From a virus (taxonomy: Duplodnaviria > Caudoviricetes): a stretch of DNA of 40,191 nt. The position numbers were made by a program, and so were the translations under genes. The stretch covers positions 1-40,191 of IMG/VR virus record IMGVR_UViG_3300036833_000144, one strand, 5' to 3'. The notes under the pieces were generated by a model, which had not been told where the DNA came from, ran no database searches, and saw nothing but the letters and a program-made list of their open reading frames with translations. Each line of letters begins with the position of its first letter. The first letter of the stretch is position 1. Positions 25,648 through 34,577 of this stretch are shown here, piece after piece.

Positions 25648-26379
25648 ATGGCCGTTGCACCGGACGTTACCATAAATGGCAAACTCGCCGCTATCGTATT
25701 CCAGCCGCAAACGGCTGAAACGCCCACGGCCTCTCTCCCGGAATTTGGCACTCTTCAAGTGGCACTATGCAACTATGGCCCAAAGACGCCGACCGTAGGC
25801 GGAGAGGCATTAATGGCTCGCGTTACCGTCAGCGAGATTGGAGTAGCAGGACAAGGATCAAGCGCACCAGAGCCGGGAAATTTTCAATTTTATCTATACA
25901 GCAACCAGCTAATCGAACCACCCGGAACGTACTACACCATAACCACCCGCGACGGAAACGGCGATGCCGTACAGACAGAGGCATATTATTTTGAGCCGGG
26001 GGAATGGGATTTATCAACCATGCTTCCGTTCGATCCCGGCCAGCCCCCGCCGCCGCTGCCGCCGCTGATCATTTCACAGTTACAGATTGTGGGGCCAAGC
26101 CCGAATCCGGTATTCGACGGAACCAACTTCACCGCGTTTCAGATCACCCTACCGGGCGACGTGGCACAGGCGATCTTTCAAAACATGATTGCCGGGAACC
26201 TCTACACCTTCATCATTATTCAGGATGGAACCGGAAATCATGCGTTTGGCTGGCCAGCGAACGCCTACAACACCACACCCATCCACCAGACGCCCAACAC
26301 CTACACCATCCAGACCTTCGTGGCAGATGAGGGCGGAAGCCTCTATGCCATCGGGCCGGGAACATGGTATGAGCTATGA
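25648..26379 (+). CDS. tail-associated protein
   Basis: Two beta domains joined by a poly-Pro linker; YTFIIIQDGTG...W motif. Confidence 0.55.
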   Translation: MAVAPDVTINGKLAAIVFQPQTAETPTASLPEFGTLQVALCNYGPKTPTVGGEALMARVTVSEIGVAGQGSSAPEPGNFQFYLYSNQLIEPPGTYYTITTRDGNGDAVQTEAYYFEPGEWDLSTMLPFDPGQPPPPLPPLIISQLQIVGPSPNPVFDGTNFTAFQITLPGDVAQAIFQNMIAGNLYTFIIIQDGTGNHAFGWPANAYNTTPIHQTPNTYTIQTFVADEGGSLYAIGPGTWYEL

Positions 26380-26669
26380 GCCGGCCCTTTCTGCAAATCC
26401 CGTCATCGTCGCAACTGGTGTTCACCGGCAACGTCGCGGTCACATGGAAGGTGACTTTGCAAAACAATGTCGCCAGCATCCTTGTGCAACGAACCATTCC
26501 CGGCGTGCTTTATGTCTTCATCTTGGCGCAGGATGCCATTGGAGGCCGAAGCTTCAACTGGCCCTTGAACTGTCTTAATGCCTCACCGATCAATCTCGCC
26601 CCCAATGCTGTAACCGTGCAGTGTTTTATCGGCATGGCGAACAACATTCTCGCGGCCAATATGCCATGA
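26376..26669 (+). CDS. tail-associated protein, paralog of the preceding C-terminal domain
   Basis: YVFILAQDAIGGRSFNWP matches YTFIIIQDGTGNHAFGWP. Confidence 0.6.
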   Translation: MSRPFLQIPSSSQLVFTGNVAVTWKVTLQNNVASILVQRTIPGVLYVFILAQDAIGGRSFNWPLNCLNASPINLAPNAVTVQCFIGMANNILAANMP

Positions 26670-26755
26670 CCATTCGCGCCAATTTCGTCGAGGAACTAAT
26701 CGGTTTTCTGATCTCCGTCGCTGTGTTTGTCTACATCATTTTGAAGTTCGTCTAA
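26666..26755 (+). CDS. 29-aa single-TM peptide (not in ORF track)
   Basis: ATGA-coupled; MTIRANFVEELIGFLISVAVFVYIILKFV; stop overlaps the RBS of the fibre gene. Confidence 0.5.
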   Translation: MTIRANFVEELIGFLISVAVFVYIILKFV

Positions 26756-26764
26756 GGAGTCCCA

Positions 26765-29359
26765 ATGAGCAGCCAACCTACCCTGATCGCGCCCACACAA
26801 ACCCAGCAGATCAACCGTGCCCTCTACGTTGGCAAAGGCTACCTCAGGACCATCCAGAGCGCCGTCGACTTCGCCGCCACCCATGACGACCAGAACTTTC
26901 GCGTCATCATTCCAGCCGGATACACCGGCGTCGATACGATCGCATCTATCGTCCGAGGTACGCCGACAATCACTCTGGTTGACGAGCGCGTAGGGCCAGC
27001 CATCTTTTACCAGTGGGCAGGAACCTACATCCCGGTTGTCTCCGTCAACGGCATCACGACGGCAATAACCGTGCTGAATATGCAAGGGTTCAATTTCACC
27101 ATCGAGGGACTTCCACCCGCGCCGACCACCGGCAACGGGCAATCCTTCGACACGCAGTATGTGGGCATCACCGCAGCCGTCGGGCAGGACACCACCGGAA
27201 CCACCGGACAGACCGGGGGCAATGGCGGGGAAGTAGTAATCACCGGAGCGCACGGAGGCAGAGCGCCGGTAGGCAGCACCAACGGCAATGGGGGAAACCT
27301 CATCCTCGGCGGGGGGTATCCGGGCCGGGGAGCCGGAACGGCGGGAGTGCCGGGAGACGTGCTGATTCAGAGCAGCGGCACCGGCCAAGTGCCAATTGGC
27401 AGAACCTTTATTGGCGGCACTGATTCGACCAACGCCACCGTGATACTGGCAGGGGGCGACCTTTCCGCGCCGAACCTTACCGTGGCCAACGGTATCGCAG
27501 CCGGGGGCGATATAACCGTAATCGGCAACGTAACCGCGAGCGGCGACATAACCGCAAGCGGCGATCTGACAGCGGAAGGAAACCTCACCGTTGAAGGCGA
27601 TATCAGCGCGGATTTTGCGGACTTGGCCGAGTGCAACGTAGACAACTCACCCGTCCGCACCTTCGCCAATACACCCGACGGGCCGGGGCAGGGCATGGTG
27701 TGGCCGACCATCGGTATCCCGGTATCCCAAGGCGACGCATGGCAAGACCCGTCAATCGATCCCGCTACGCTGGCAACCTACCCACCGGTGGGACTGGCAC
27801 GATCCACCGGCCAAGCGTGGACGGCTTCGATTGACCCAACTACGCTGGCAACATGGCCGCTTACGGCTGGCGTTCCGGTTGGCACTGGAGCGGGAAGCTG
27901 GGGAACGTCGATCCCGGCAGCGTCGATCCCGCTAATCAATCAAGCGAATCACTTCTCAGCCGTCCAGCAGTTTGCAGCACCAGTAACCACGCTAACCAAT
28001 CCAGCCGCCGGAACCAGTCTAGGTTGGAATATGTTAAGCGGGACAGGCGAGACTGATTTTTTCAATTCGAGTGGTGGTGGAGGAGGAGGCTTCTTTTGGT
28101 ACAACGGGCCACCGGGAACGGTTTTCAATTCTTCTTCTGCGGCATCCATGTTTCTCGATAGTGCCAATAACCTGCACGTAGCCGGGGGAACCTTAACGCT
28201 AAACCCTCCCAACGCCCCCACTGCAAGCGCAATCATTCAAGCCAGTAACGATACGAACCTTTATATAAGCGCGACAGCCAATATCTTTTTTAACTGGAAC
28301 TCAGGATCAGGGGGAACATTCTGGGGCAACGGTCATGGAGTGCAGATAGCAAACCTGACTAACACCGGAAACTTAAACCTTAATGGAAATATTACTGTTG
28401 GCACTTCAATATCTAGTGCAGCCGGTTCAAATCTGGTTTTAAATCCACCGGCAGGCGCAGATGTTCTTCTTAGTTGGAACTCTGGGGCAGGTACTGTTTT
28501 TGGTAACGGAGCCGGAGGACAAGTTGGCTCCGTAGACTCTGCTGGGAATTTCACTGCAAACGGAACCGGAAATATTCATGGGGTGCTTACTCTAGGTAGC
28601 GGGGGAAATGGAACTATAACTAGTTCAGGAGGTAGTAGTCTACTGCTCAATCCGAATGGAGGAGGAAGCGTCTTTCTGAATTGGAACTCCGGATCAAATG
28701 TATTTTTTGGCAATGGAGCGCAAGCCGCCGTAGCTACGATGGATAATACCGGAGCGCTTACTTTGGGTGGCCCACTCCACCTACCGGGAGCCGGTTATAT
28801 AGTTGGAAGTGGCGGGGGCAATATAGAAGTAAATGGGGCATCTCCGGGAAACGTTCTTCTTAACTGGGGTGGGGGTGCTTCGGGAGTTGTTTTCGGCAAC
28901 GGCACGGCGGGGCAAATTGGCGGGATAACGAAAGCCGGAGTTTTTACCGCAGTAACCAAGAGTTTCCGTATCGCTCACCCGCTGGACGATACCAAAATGC
29001 TGAATCACGGCTGCGTTGAAGGCCCGGAGTACGCCGTCTTCTATCGCGGCGAAGGCCAGACCGCCGAAGATGGAACGACGACCATCACGCTACCTGATTA
29101 CTTTGAAGCCCTCACCCGACCCGAAGGCCGCACCGTGCAGCTAACCGAACTCTTCGAGGACGACGCCGACACCGATATGGGCAAGCTGGCAGCATCGCGG
29201 GTTAAGGACGGGCAATTCCGCGTCCGATCCGAGTATGCCAGCCAGAAGTTTTACTGGGAAGTGAAGGCCGTCCGCGCTGACGTTGACGAACTGGAAGTGG
29301 TATCAGAGCCGATGGAAACAGACCCCAACCACGAATCCCGAAAAGCGGTAAAATCGTAG
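26765..29359 (+). CDS. tail fibre/spike receptor-binding protein with C-terminal chaperone-like domain
   Basis: G/T/N-rich repeats, 6-aa GDITAS beta-helix repeats, four W(N/G).G...GNG modules, C-terminal KSFRIAHP...HGCVEGPE..VFYRG domain. Confidence 0.8.
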   Translation: MSSQPTLIAPTQTQQINRALYVGKGYLRTIQSAVDFAATHDDQNFRVIIPAGYTGVDTIASIVRGTPTITLVDERVGPAIFYQWAGTYIPVVSVNGITTAITVLNMQGFNFTIEGLPPAPTTGNGQSFDTQYVGITAAVGQDTTGTTGQTGGNGGEVVITGAHGGRAPVGSTNGNGGNLILGGGYPGRGAGTAGVPGDVLIQSSGTGQVPIGRTFIGGTDSTNATVILAGGDLSAPNLTVANGIAAGGDITVIGNVTASGDITASGDLTAEGNLTVEGDISADFADLAECNVDNSPVRTFANTPDGPGQGMVWPTIGIPVSQGDAWQDPSIDPATLATYPPVGLARSTGQAWTASIDPTTLATWPLTAGVPVGTGAGSWGTSIPAASIPLINQANHFSAVQQFAAPVTTLTNPAAGTSLGWNMLSGTGETDFFNSSGGGGGGFFWYNGPPGTVFNSSSAASMFLDSANNLHVAGGTLTLNPPNAPTASAIIQASNDTNLYISATANIFFNWNSGSGGTFWGNGHGVQIANLTNTGNLNLNGNITVGTSISSAAGSNLVLNPPAGADVLLSWNSGAGTVFGNGAGGQVGSVDSAGNFTANGTGNIHGVLTLGSGGNGTITSSGGSSLLLNPNGGGSVFLNWNSGSNVFFGNGAQAAVATMDNTGALTLGGPLHLPGAGYIVGSGGGNIEVNGASPGNVLLNWGGGASGVVFGNGTAGQIGGITKAGVFTAVTKSFRIAHPLDDTKMLNHGCVEGPEYAVFYRGEGQTAEDGTTTITLPDYFEALTRPEGRTVQLTELFEDDADTDMGKLAASRVKDGQFRVRSEYASQKFYWEVKAVRADVDELEVVSEPMETDPNHESRKAVKS

Positions 29360-29401
29360 CCAATCCTCGCAGAAGGTTTCATGTGACTACCAAGATAAGA
29401 A

Positions 29402-29430
29402 CCCCCCGGCTCGAACCGGGGGGAATTTTT
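29402..29430 (+). terminator. terminator ending the late region (possibly bidirectional)
   Basis: CCCCCCGG/CCGGGGGG stem then AATTTTT, between convergent genes. Confidence 0.7.
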
Positions 29431-29878
29431 ATGTGTTCGCACGATAGCGTTCCAAGGCATTGAAAGCGGCTCGCTCACACTGCCACTCGGCGGCAGGCTT
29501 TTTCGTCTGGAATTGCTCGATGTGTTTAAACTCATGCGCGGCGACAGCCACCAGCGCTTCACGCCAACTGCGATAGTGGATGAGTGGCGAACGCTTGCCA
29601 CCATAAGGCTGTTTCTCGCCAGCGGCGTTTGTGCGCAGGTTGGTTATCTCGCGTTCGATGAAGTGATGGGCAGCGCCGATGCGTAGCGCCACAAGATACT
29701 TGGCAGTGCGCGGAGCATTGGACATGTGGGGGACGCCTCGGTAGGCCATCCCCGCGAAGGGATGCGATGTGCCGCGAACGTTGACACAGACGTAGCGTAG
29801 CTCGAATGGCTTGGCAGCAAACTCGATCAGCGAACGCACCTCATCGTCAGGGTGCTTGCTGGTATTGCGAAGGAACAT
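29429..29878 (-). CDS. zincin-like HExxH metallopeptidase
   Basis: VAAHEFKHIEQ plus downstream AEWQCE; GGAG RBS before ATG at 29878. Confidence 0.65.
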   Translation of the reverse strand: MFLRNTSKHPDDEVRSLIEFAAKPFELRYVCVNVRGTSHPFAGMAYRGVPHMSNAPRTAKYLVALRIGAAHHFIEREITNLRTNAAGEKQPYGGKRSPLIHYRSWREALVAVAAHEFKHIEQFQTKKPAAEWQCERAAFNALERYRANT

Positions 29879-29919
29879 ACAGTCAACTCCAGAGTGAATT
29901 AGGCGGATCACGCCTGAAT

Positions 29920-29975
29920 ACATTGTATCACACTGTATTCTTGTAAGTCAAGCAGGATACATTGTGATACATTGT
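29920..29975. promoter_or_regulatory. four 10-bp operator units over divergent promoters
   Basis: GATACATTGT twice (29956-29975, +) and AATACAGTGT/GATACAATGT (29939-29920, -); leftward TTGACT-N18-TACAAT, rightward TGATACATT. Confidence 0.7.
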
Positions 29976-29979
29976 TTGC

Positions 29980-30174
29980 ATGAGTAAAACAACCCCTCTT
30001 CCCATACGAATACCAAACGATATTTTGGAGCACGTCGAAGACGACGCCAAGACGCTGCGGCGATCTAAAGCCTCGATCATCGTGGAGATTATCGAGCGCC
30101 ATTATGAGAACGGTGGAAGACATTTAGGCCGACCATCCATCACCACCCACACCAAGAAAGCAGGAGCACGTTGA
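29980..30174 (+). CDS. CopG/Arc-like ribbon-helix-helix regulator
   Basis: PLPIRIPNDILEHVEDDAKTLRRSKASIIVEIIERH. Confidence 0.75.
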   Translation: MSKTTPLPIRIPNDILEHVEDDAKTLRRSKASIIVEIIERHYENGGRHLGRPSITTHTKKAGAR

Positions 30175-30389
30175 ACTCAATTACCGAGATACGCCTGAAA
30201 GAAAACCAAGCCGCCTATAAAACCGTATGCGATTCACTTCAGGACGCCGACGACCGGGCAGGATTCTCGATGTTGCTGGTGGGGGTTCTGATGGGCATAG
30301 TAGAACCCGCAGTTTTCAAAGGATGCATCGCCGTAGCAACAGAGGAATACTGCAAGTTTGAACTGGGCAGAAAGCAGGTAACCCAATGA
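30171..30389 (+). CDS. hypothetical protein
   Basis: AGGAG RBS, TTG start, coupled to its neighbours. Confidence 0.55.
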   Translation: MNSITEIRLKENQAAYKTVCDSLQDADDRAGFSMLLVGVLMGIVEPAVFKGCIAVATEEYCKFELGRKQVTQ

Positions 30390-30742
30390 GCCGATGCGTA
30401 AGCATTAATACAGGCCGTCGCGCCGTTGAACCATCTGTAGTAATCCTTTGGAAGAAGCGCGAAGGCTATCCCGACGATGTTCAGACACCATTTGCATGTG
30501 GCGTCTGCGGGGGCGAAGGTTATGTGCATTTTTGCCAAGAACATTTAGACAAGATTGACCCAAAAATATTCGAACATTTGAATTGCAGCGCGGCGGTTCA
30601 TTGCAAAACGCCACTCGCCCATGAGGATCGCGATGTATATACCTGCCGTTGCGCCTGCGGAAACGAAATGAAAGTTTGTGGCCTGTGCCTGCGTGAAGGT
30701 CTAACCGGAGCTTGCCCTGAGTGCGAAGAGAAAGGACTGTAA
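30386..30742 (+). CDS. Cys-rich Zn-finger protein
   Basis: Multiple CxxC, CxxH and CxC motifs. Confidence 0.6.
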   Translation: MSRCVSINTGRRAVEPSVVILWKKREGYPDDVQTPFACGVCGGEGYVHFCQEHLDKIDPKIFEHLNCSAAVHCKTPLAHEDRDVYTCRCACGNEMKVCGLCLREGLTGACPECEEKGL

Positions 30743-30744
30743 TA

Positions 30745-32109
30745 GTGCGAATTTTAGGAATTAGTATTGAGGGTTTTCAGAAAATAAAGGTGTTCAACCT
30801 TGAGCCGAAGGGCAACGTTATCAAGATCACGGGCGGCAATGCGGCAGGGAAGTCTTCGGTTCTCGATGCCATCATGCTCACACTACAGGGAGTGCGTGGA
30901 GGCCCAGCCAAGCCCGTGCGCATGGGCGATGGCAGCGCTGTAGTGCAAATCGATTTCGGTGAGTACCGCGTTACCCGCAAATGGATCGAGGGCGGCGACA
31001 CCAAAGGCGAAATGTACCTCGAAGCTGTCGACGGCAGGCGCTACGGCACACCCCAAGCCGTGCTGGATGGCTTTATGGGAAAGATCAGTTTCGATCCACT
31101 CGCATTCCTACGCATGGATCGAAAGAATCAGGCTGCGGAACTACGCAAGCTGCTCGATCTCGACGATGTGCTGGACGAGATACACACCAACGAGCAGAGC
31201 GACTACAACACCCGCCGCGAACAGAAGAAGCAACTGGAGGCCTTGCAGGCCCAGCGTGCCGCCATCCTGATACCGCAAGACCTCCCGAAGAAGAAGCGCG
31301 ACCTCGACGCCATGACGCAGGAGCTTGCCGAAGTCGCCGACTTCAACATGAGCATCGAGCGCGAACGCCTGAGACGCGATGGGATTCTGGTTCAGATTGC
31401 ACGAATGAATCAGGCATCGATCCATCGCCAGACAAAGATAGAGGAGTTAAAGAAACAACTGCTCGCGTTGGAAACGGAGATGCAAGAGGAGCAGGACGCG
31501 CAGGCCAATATCGAAGAGGAGTATGGAAAGCTGCCTCCACTGGCAGAGCCGAAGGACGCCGCGCAACTGAGCGAACAGATCACTGCCGCTCGCGCCGTCA
31601 ACCTCGCCATCGATCGCCGCGATAAGGCCGAACACATGGACGCCGAGATCGCGACCATTGCAAAAACGGTGGACAAGCTATCGGAAGCCATCGAGGGCCA
31701 CCGCGAGAAGGCGATAAGCATCATCGCCAACGCTCACTATCCGGTTAAAGGCCTCGGCTTCGCCGAAGATGAAGTGCTGTATAACGGTTTACCCTTCACG
31801 CAGGCCTCGAACGCGGAACAGATCAAAGTATCGATTGCGATGGGCATGGCTGGTGATCCCAAGCTGCGGGTCATGCGCATCAAGGATGGCAGCTTGCTCG
31901 ATGACGACTCGATGAAGGTTGTCGAAGAGATGGCCGCAGAGCATGACTTCCAGCTATGGGTAGAGATGGTTGACACATCCGGCAAGATCGGGGTGTACCT
32001 CGTCGACGGCGAGATCGAAGCCATCGACGGCGAAAAGCGGCCACCGCTGAAGCTTAAGAAGTCGCTCGCCACGGTGCGACGGAAGCCGGTACAGAAGGAG
32101 ACAGTGTAA
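30745..32109 (+). CDS. SMC/SbcC-like ABC ATPase with coiled coil
   Basis: Walker A GGNAAGKSS, long central coiled coil, ASNAEQ signature, MRIKDGSLLD Walker B/D-loop; GTG at 30745. Confidence 0.85.
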   Translation: MRILGISIEGFQKIKVFNLEPKGNVIKITGGNAAGKSSVLDAIMLTLQGVRGGPAKPVRMGDGSAVVQIDFGEYRVTRKWIEGGDTKGEMYLEAVDGRRYGTPQAVLDGFMGKISFDPLAFLRMDRKNQAAELRKLLDLDDVLDEIHTNEQSDYNTRREQKKQLEALQAQRAAILIPQDLPKKKRDLDAMTQELAEVADFNMSIERERLRRDGILVQIARMNQASIHRQTKIEELKKQLLALETEMQEEQDAQANIEEEYGKLPPLAEPKDAAQLSEQITAARAVNLAIDRRDKAEHMDAEIATIAKTVDKLSEAIEGHREKAISIIANAHYPVKGLGFAEDEVLYNGLPFTQASNAEQIKVSIAMGMAGDPKLRVMRIKDGSLLDDDSMKVVEEMAAEHDFQLWVEMVDTSGKIGVYLVDGEIEAIDGEKRPPLKLKKSLATVRRKPVQKETV

Positions 32110-32318
32110 TGAACGTTATCCAATATATGCCGTTTTTTCTGACCGGCTTTTTCCCGTGCTTTCTTGTTCTGGTTGGGATGTGGATGAACAACAAGCGACT
32201 TGACCGGATCGACTCAGACTTCGTTGATTTGAAAAACCAGATTCAACATTTCATCGACCTGCACATCAACCACGAAGGGCGGTTAGCTGCCGTGGAAGAA
32301 AGAACAAAATCTAAATGA
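32109..32318 (+). CDS. single-TM coiled-coil protein
   Basis: N-terminal hydrophobic helix then RLDRIDSD...HEGRLAAVEER. Confidence 0.6.
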   Translation: MNVIQYMPFFLTGFFPCFLVLVGMWMNNKRLDRIDSDFVDLKNQIQHFIDLHINHEGRLAAVEERTKSK

Positions 32319-32887
32319 GGCAAAGCATGGAAATAACACAGAAGTTTATCGATGAACTGTTGACACACGCGATGGATATTGCCAAAGGGAACAAGGAGCG
32401 CAAGGGATTCAAGGGAGAATTTTTGCCGGTTGCCCTTGTGATCGGACAGCATGGCGAGCAGGCGGTTCTGCCTACACCATTCGCGAGCAACGAGCAAAAG
32501 CAATTCGTCATGGCCGCGCTGTCAGAAGGCGCACGTCAGGAAAACGCTGTAGCCGTGGCGCTGATACAGGACACGCGAGTAACCGACCTGAATGCTTTTG
32601 ATGCGCACTTTGAACTGCCACCGGAAGCAGATATTGAGAAGCGAAAACAGCGTTATGAAGAGATCATCTCTAATCGCTTCGGAGGGACTACGCTCAATCT
32701 TCCAGACAGCCTTTATATCGATTCGCTGGTGGTAGCTATCAAAGGCCCATTCATCAAGCCGCAAACACTTCGTCTGAGCTACAAGGAGGGCGTAGGCGAC
32801 AGCGTGATATGGGGAGAACGGGAGCATAGCAATTTGTCCTTCATGTATGTACTCGATGACTGGTGGGAACCTGCAACCGTGAACTAG
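32315..32887 (+). CDS. hypothetical protein
   Basis: Coupled ORF; start may be 32327. Confidence 0.65.
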   Translation: MRQSMEITQKFIDELLTHAMDIAKGNKERKGFKGEFLPVALVIGQHGEQAVLPTPFASNEQKQFVMAALSEGARQENAVAVALIQDTRVTDLNAFDAHFELPPEADIEKRKQRYEEIISNRFGGTTLNLPDSLYIDSLVVAIKGPFIKPQTLRLSYKEGVGDSVIWGEREHSNLSFMYVLDDWWEPATVN

Positions 32888-32897
32888 GAGGATAGCG

Positions 32898-33113
32898 ATG
32901 GCTTTTCCACGTACCCGCGCAGAGATGGAGCAATCCGGCTATGTCCGCAGCGCCTATACCCGCTGCAACGGCTGTGCCGCGCCCATGGAGTTTTGGAGGA
33001 CACCGGCAGGCAAGAACATGCCCATGGACGTAATGCCCGATCCTGAGTCACCGGCGATCAGCCACTTTTCTACCTGCCCAAAAGCGAAGCAATTCAAGAA
33101 GAACCAAACATGA
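32898..33113 (+). CDS. small Zn-binding phage protein
   Basis: CNGC...T.AGK.MPMD...SHFSTCP; AGGAGG RBS. Confidence 0.7.
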   Translation: MAFPRTRAEMEQSGYVRSAYTRCNGCAAPMEFWRTPAGKNMPMDVMPDPESPAISHFSTCPKAKQFKKNQT

Positions 33114-33436
33114 TGAGCCTACCCGAAATCATCAAATATGCGCTCAAAGGTGGTACGAAAGAACGAGCCAAAGAGCTAGTCGATCAGCAGGTAGACGAGA
33201 TGGTTTCGATCCTGCACTACGATGCCGATATGGCGCGGGGGATCGTGCTTCACAATATCGGCTATTACACCGGATACCTCGATCACGAAACTGCCGACAA
33301 AGTGATGGAGTTGTTCAACACCGAGCACCCGTACTTTGGACGCAAACACCCAAGCCATGAAGAGATTGTGAAGATGGTAATGGAATTAGGACGTAAACAA
33401 AGGAGTCTCATTGACGACCAAGCAAGCAAAAGTTAA
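33110..33436 (+). CDS. hypothetical protein
   Basis: Coupled ORF; NIGYYTGY...HPYFG. Confidence 0.65.
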   Translation: MMSLPEIIKYALKGGTKERAKELVDQQVDEMVSILHYDADMARGIVLHNIGYYTGYLDHETADKVMELFNTEHPYFGRKHPSHEEIVKMVMELGRKQRSLIDDQASKS

Positions 33437-34223
33437 GTGTCCCGAATGTGGCGCGGAGTACAACACCGCCAAGGGACTCAGCACCCACCGCCGTTATAGT
33501 CATGGGGTATTAGGATCGGGTCGAACCGTAATAGCGGCTAGGAAGAAAGCGCAGGCCGCTGCCGACCCGCTGCAATGTCCCGAATGCGGCAACATCTCGA
33601 AGACTAAAGCGCTGCTAGGCGTTCACCGCAGCAAGGTCCACGGCATCAGCGGCATGTCGAGAGCCGCGATCACCGAGCGGCAAAAAAAACTCGCTCAAAA
33701 GGGAGAAGTGGCAATCGACACCAACGACCCGCTGCAATGCCAGTTGTGCGGATTCATCGCAGGCAACCAAGGCGGGTTGGCGATTCACCGCAAAGCGTCC
33801 CATTCCCCGCTCGAAGAAGTCCCGGCATTGCCCGAACCTGCGCAAGTGGAAGAGATCGAAACCAGCGTCGATCCGCTGCAATGCCAGCTTTGCGACTTCA
33901 GAGCGCAAACTCCGGGAGGACTTGCCCACCACATGACGCGCCGCCACAACGCAAAACCCAATTCCAAGAGCCACCACAAAAGGAGAGAAATTGAGCCTAC
34001 GCAAGCCATCCAGATCAGCACCAACAACGGCAGCAAAAACCAAGTCCTCCACGCCGCCGAAGAAAGCCACGTTGCTACAGATGGTATCCCCGAAGCCACT
34101 CTCGCCCTTGCCCTCGGCAGATTCCAAGAACTATGCCGCAGCATGGCGTATGAACATGACCTTCCTGCAAGGATGTTTACCCGCCGAGTCGCAGGGCTTA
34201 TTTACGCCGCGACGGTACGGTAA
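33411..34223 (+). CDS. tandem C2H2 zinc-finger protein (4 fingers)
   Basis: Four C-x2-C-x12-H-x4-H units, three preceded by DPLQ; AAGGAG RBS, TTG start. Confidence 0.8.
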   Translation: MTTKQAKVKCPECGAEYNTAKGLSTHRRYSHGVLGSGRTVIAARKKAQAAADPLQCPECGNISKTKALLGVHRSKVHGISGMSRAAITERQKKLAQKGEVAIDTNDPLQCQLCGFIAGNQGGLAIHRKASHSPLEEVPALPEPAQVEEIETSVDPLQCQLCDFRAQTPGGLAHHMTRRHNAKPNSKSHHKRREIEPTQAIQISTNNGSKNQVLHAAEESHVATDGIPEATLALALGRFQELCRSMAYEHDLPARMFTRRVAGLIYAATVR

Positions 34224-34233
34224 CCATCTCGGT

Positions 34234-34350
34234 GTGCCATGCATCTGCCCCCGCTGCGATGAGCGGCCACCGCGCCACATCAAGCCGTGGAACCGGTGGC
34301 GCTGGATGGCGTTCCATGAGATAACTCGGCACAAAGGTGGTGACCTGTGA
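34234..34350 (+). CDS. small C2H2-like peptide
   Basis: CPRC...HEITRH; start uncertain (GTG 34234); stop overlaps the next start. Confidence 0.35.
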   Translation: MPCICPRCDERPPRHIKPWNRWRWMAFHEITRHKGGDL

Positions 34351-34577
34351 CCATGCTGACACGCGACGAACATCTGGAATGGTGCAAGAAACGTGCCCTT
34401 GAATATCTCGACGCTGGAGACACGCGGCAGGCATTTACTTCGATGGTGAGCGATCTAGGCAAGCACCCCGAACTGGAGAACCACGCGGGACTTCGGATTG
34501 GAGTGGGATTCATGGTTTTGCCGGGATGGATCGACAACCGCGTAGAGGTGCGCCGCTGGATTGTAGGTTTCAACTGA
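34347..34577 (+). CDS. conserved phage hypothetical protein
   Basis: TRDEHLEWCKKRALEY...SDLGKHPE...WIVGFN. Confidence 0.7.
   Translation: MTMLTRDEHLEWCKKRALEYLDAGDTRQAFTSMVSDLGKHPELENHAGLRIGVGFMVLPGWIDNRVEVRRWIVGFN

Noticed and set aside
26765-29359. Diversity-generating retroelement target in the tail fibre
   Set aside because: No reverse transcriptase and no near-identical template repeat seen; the repeats are divergent at DNA level
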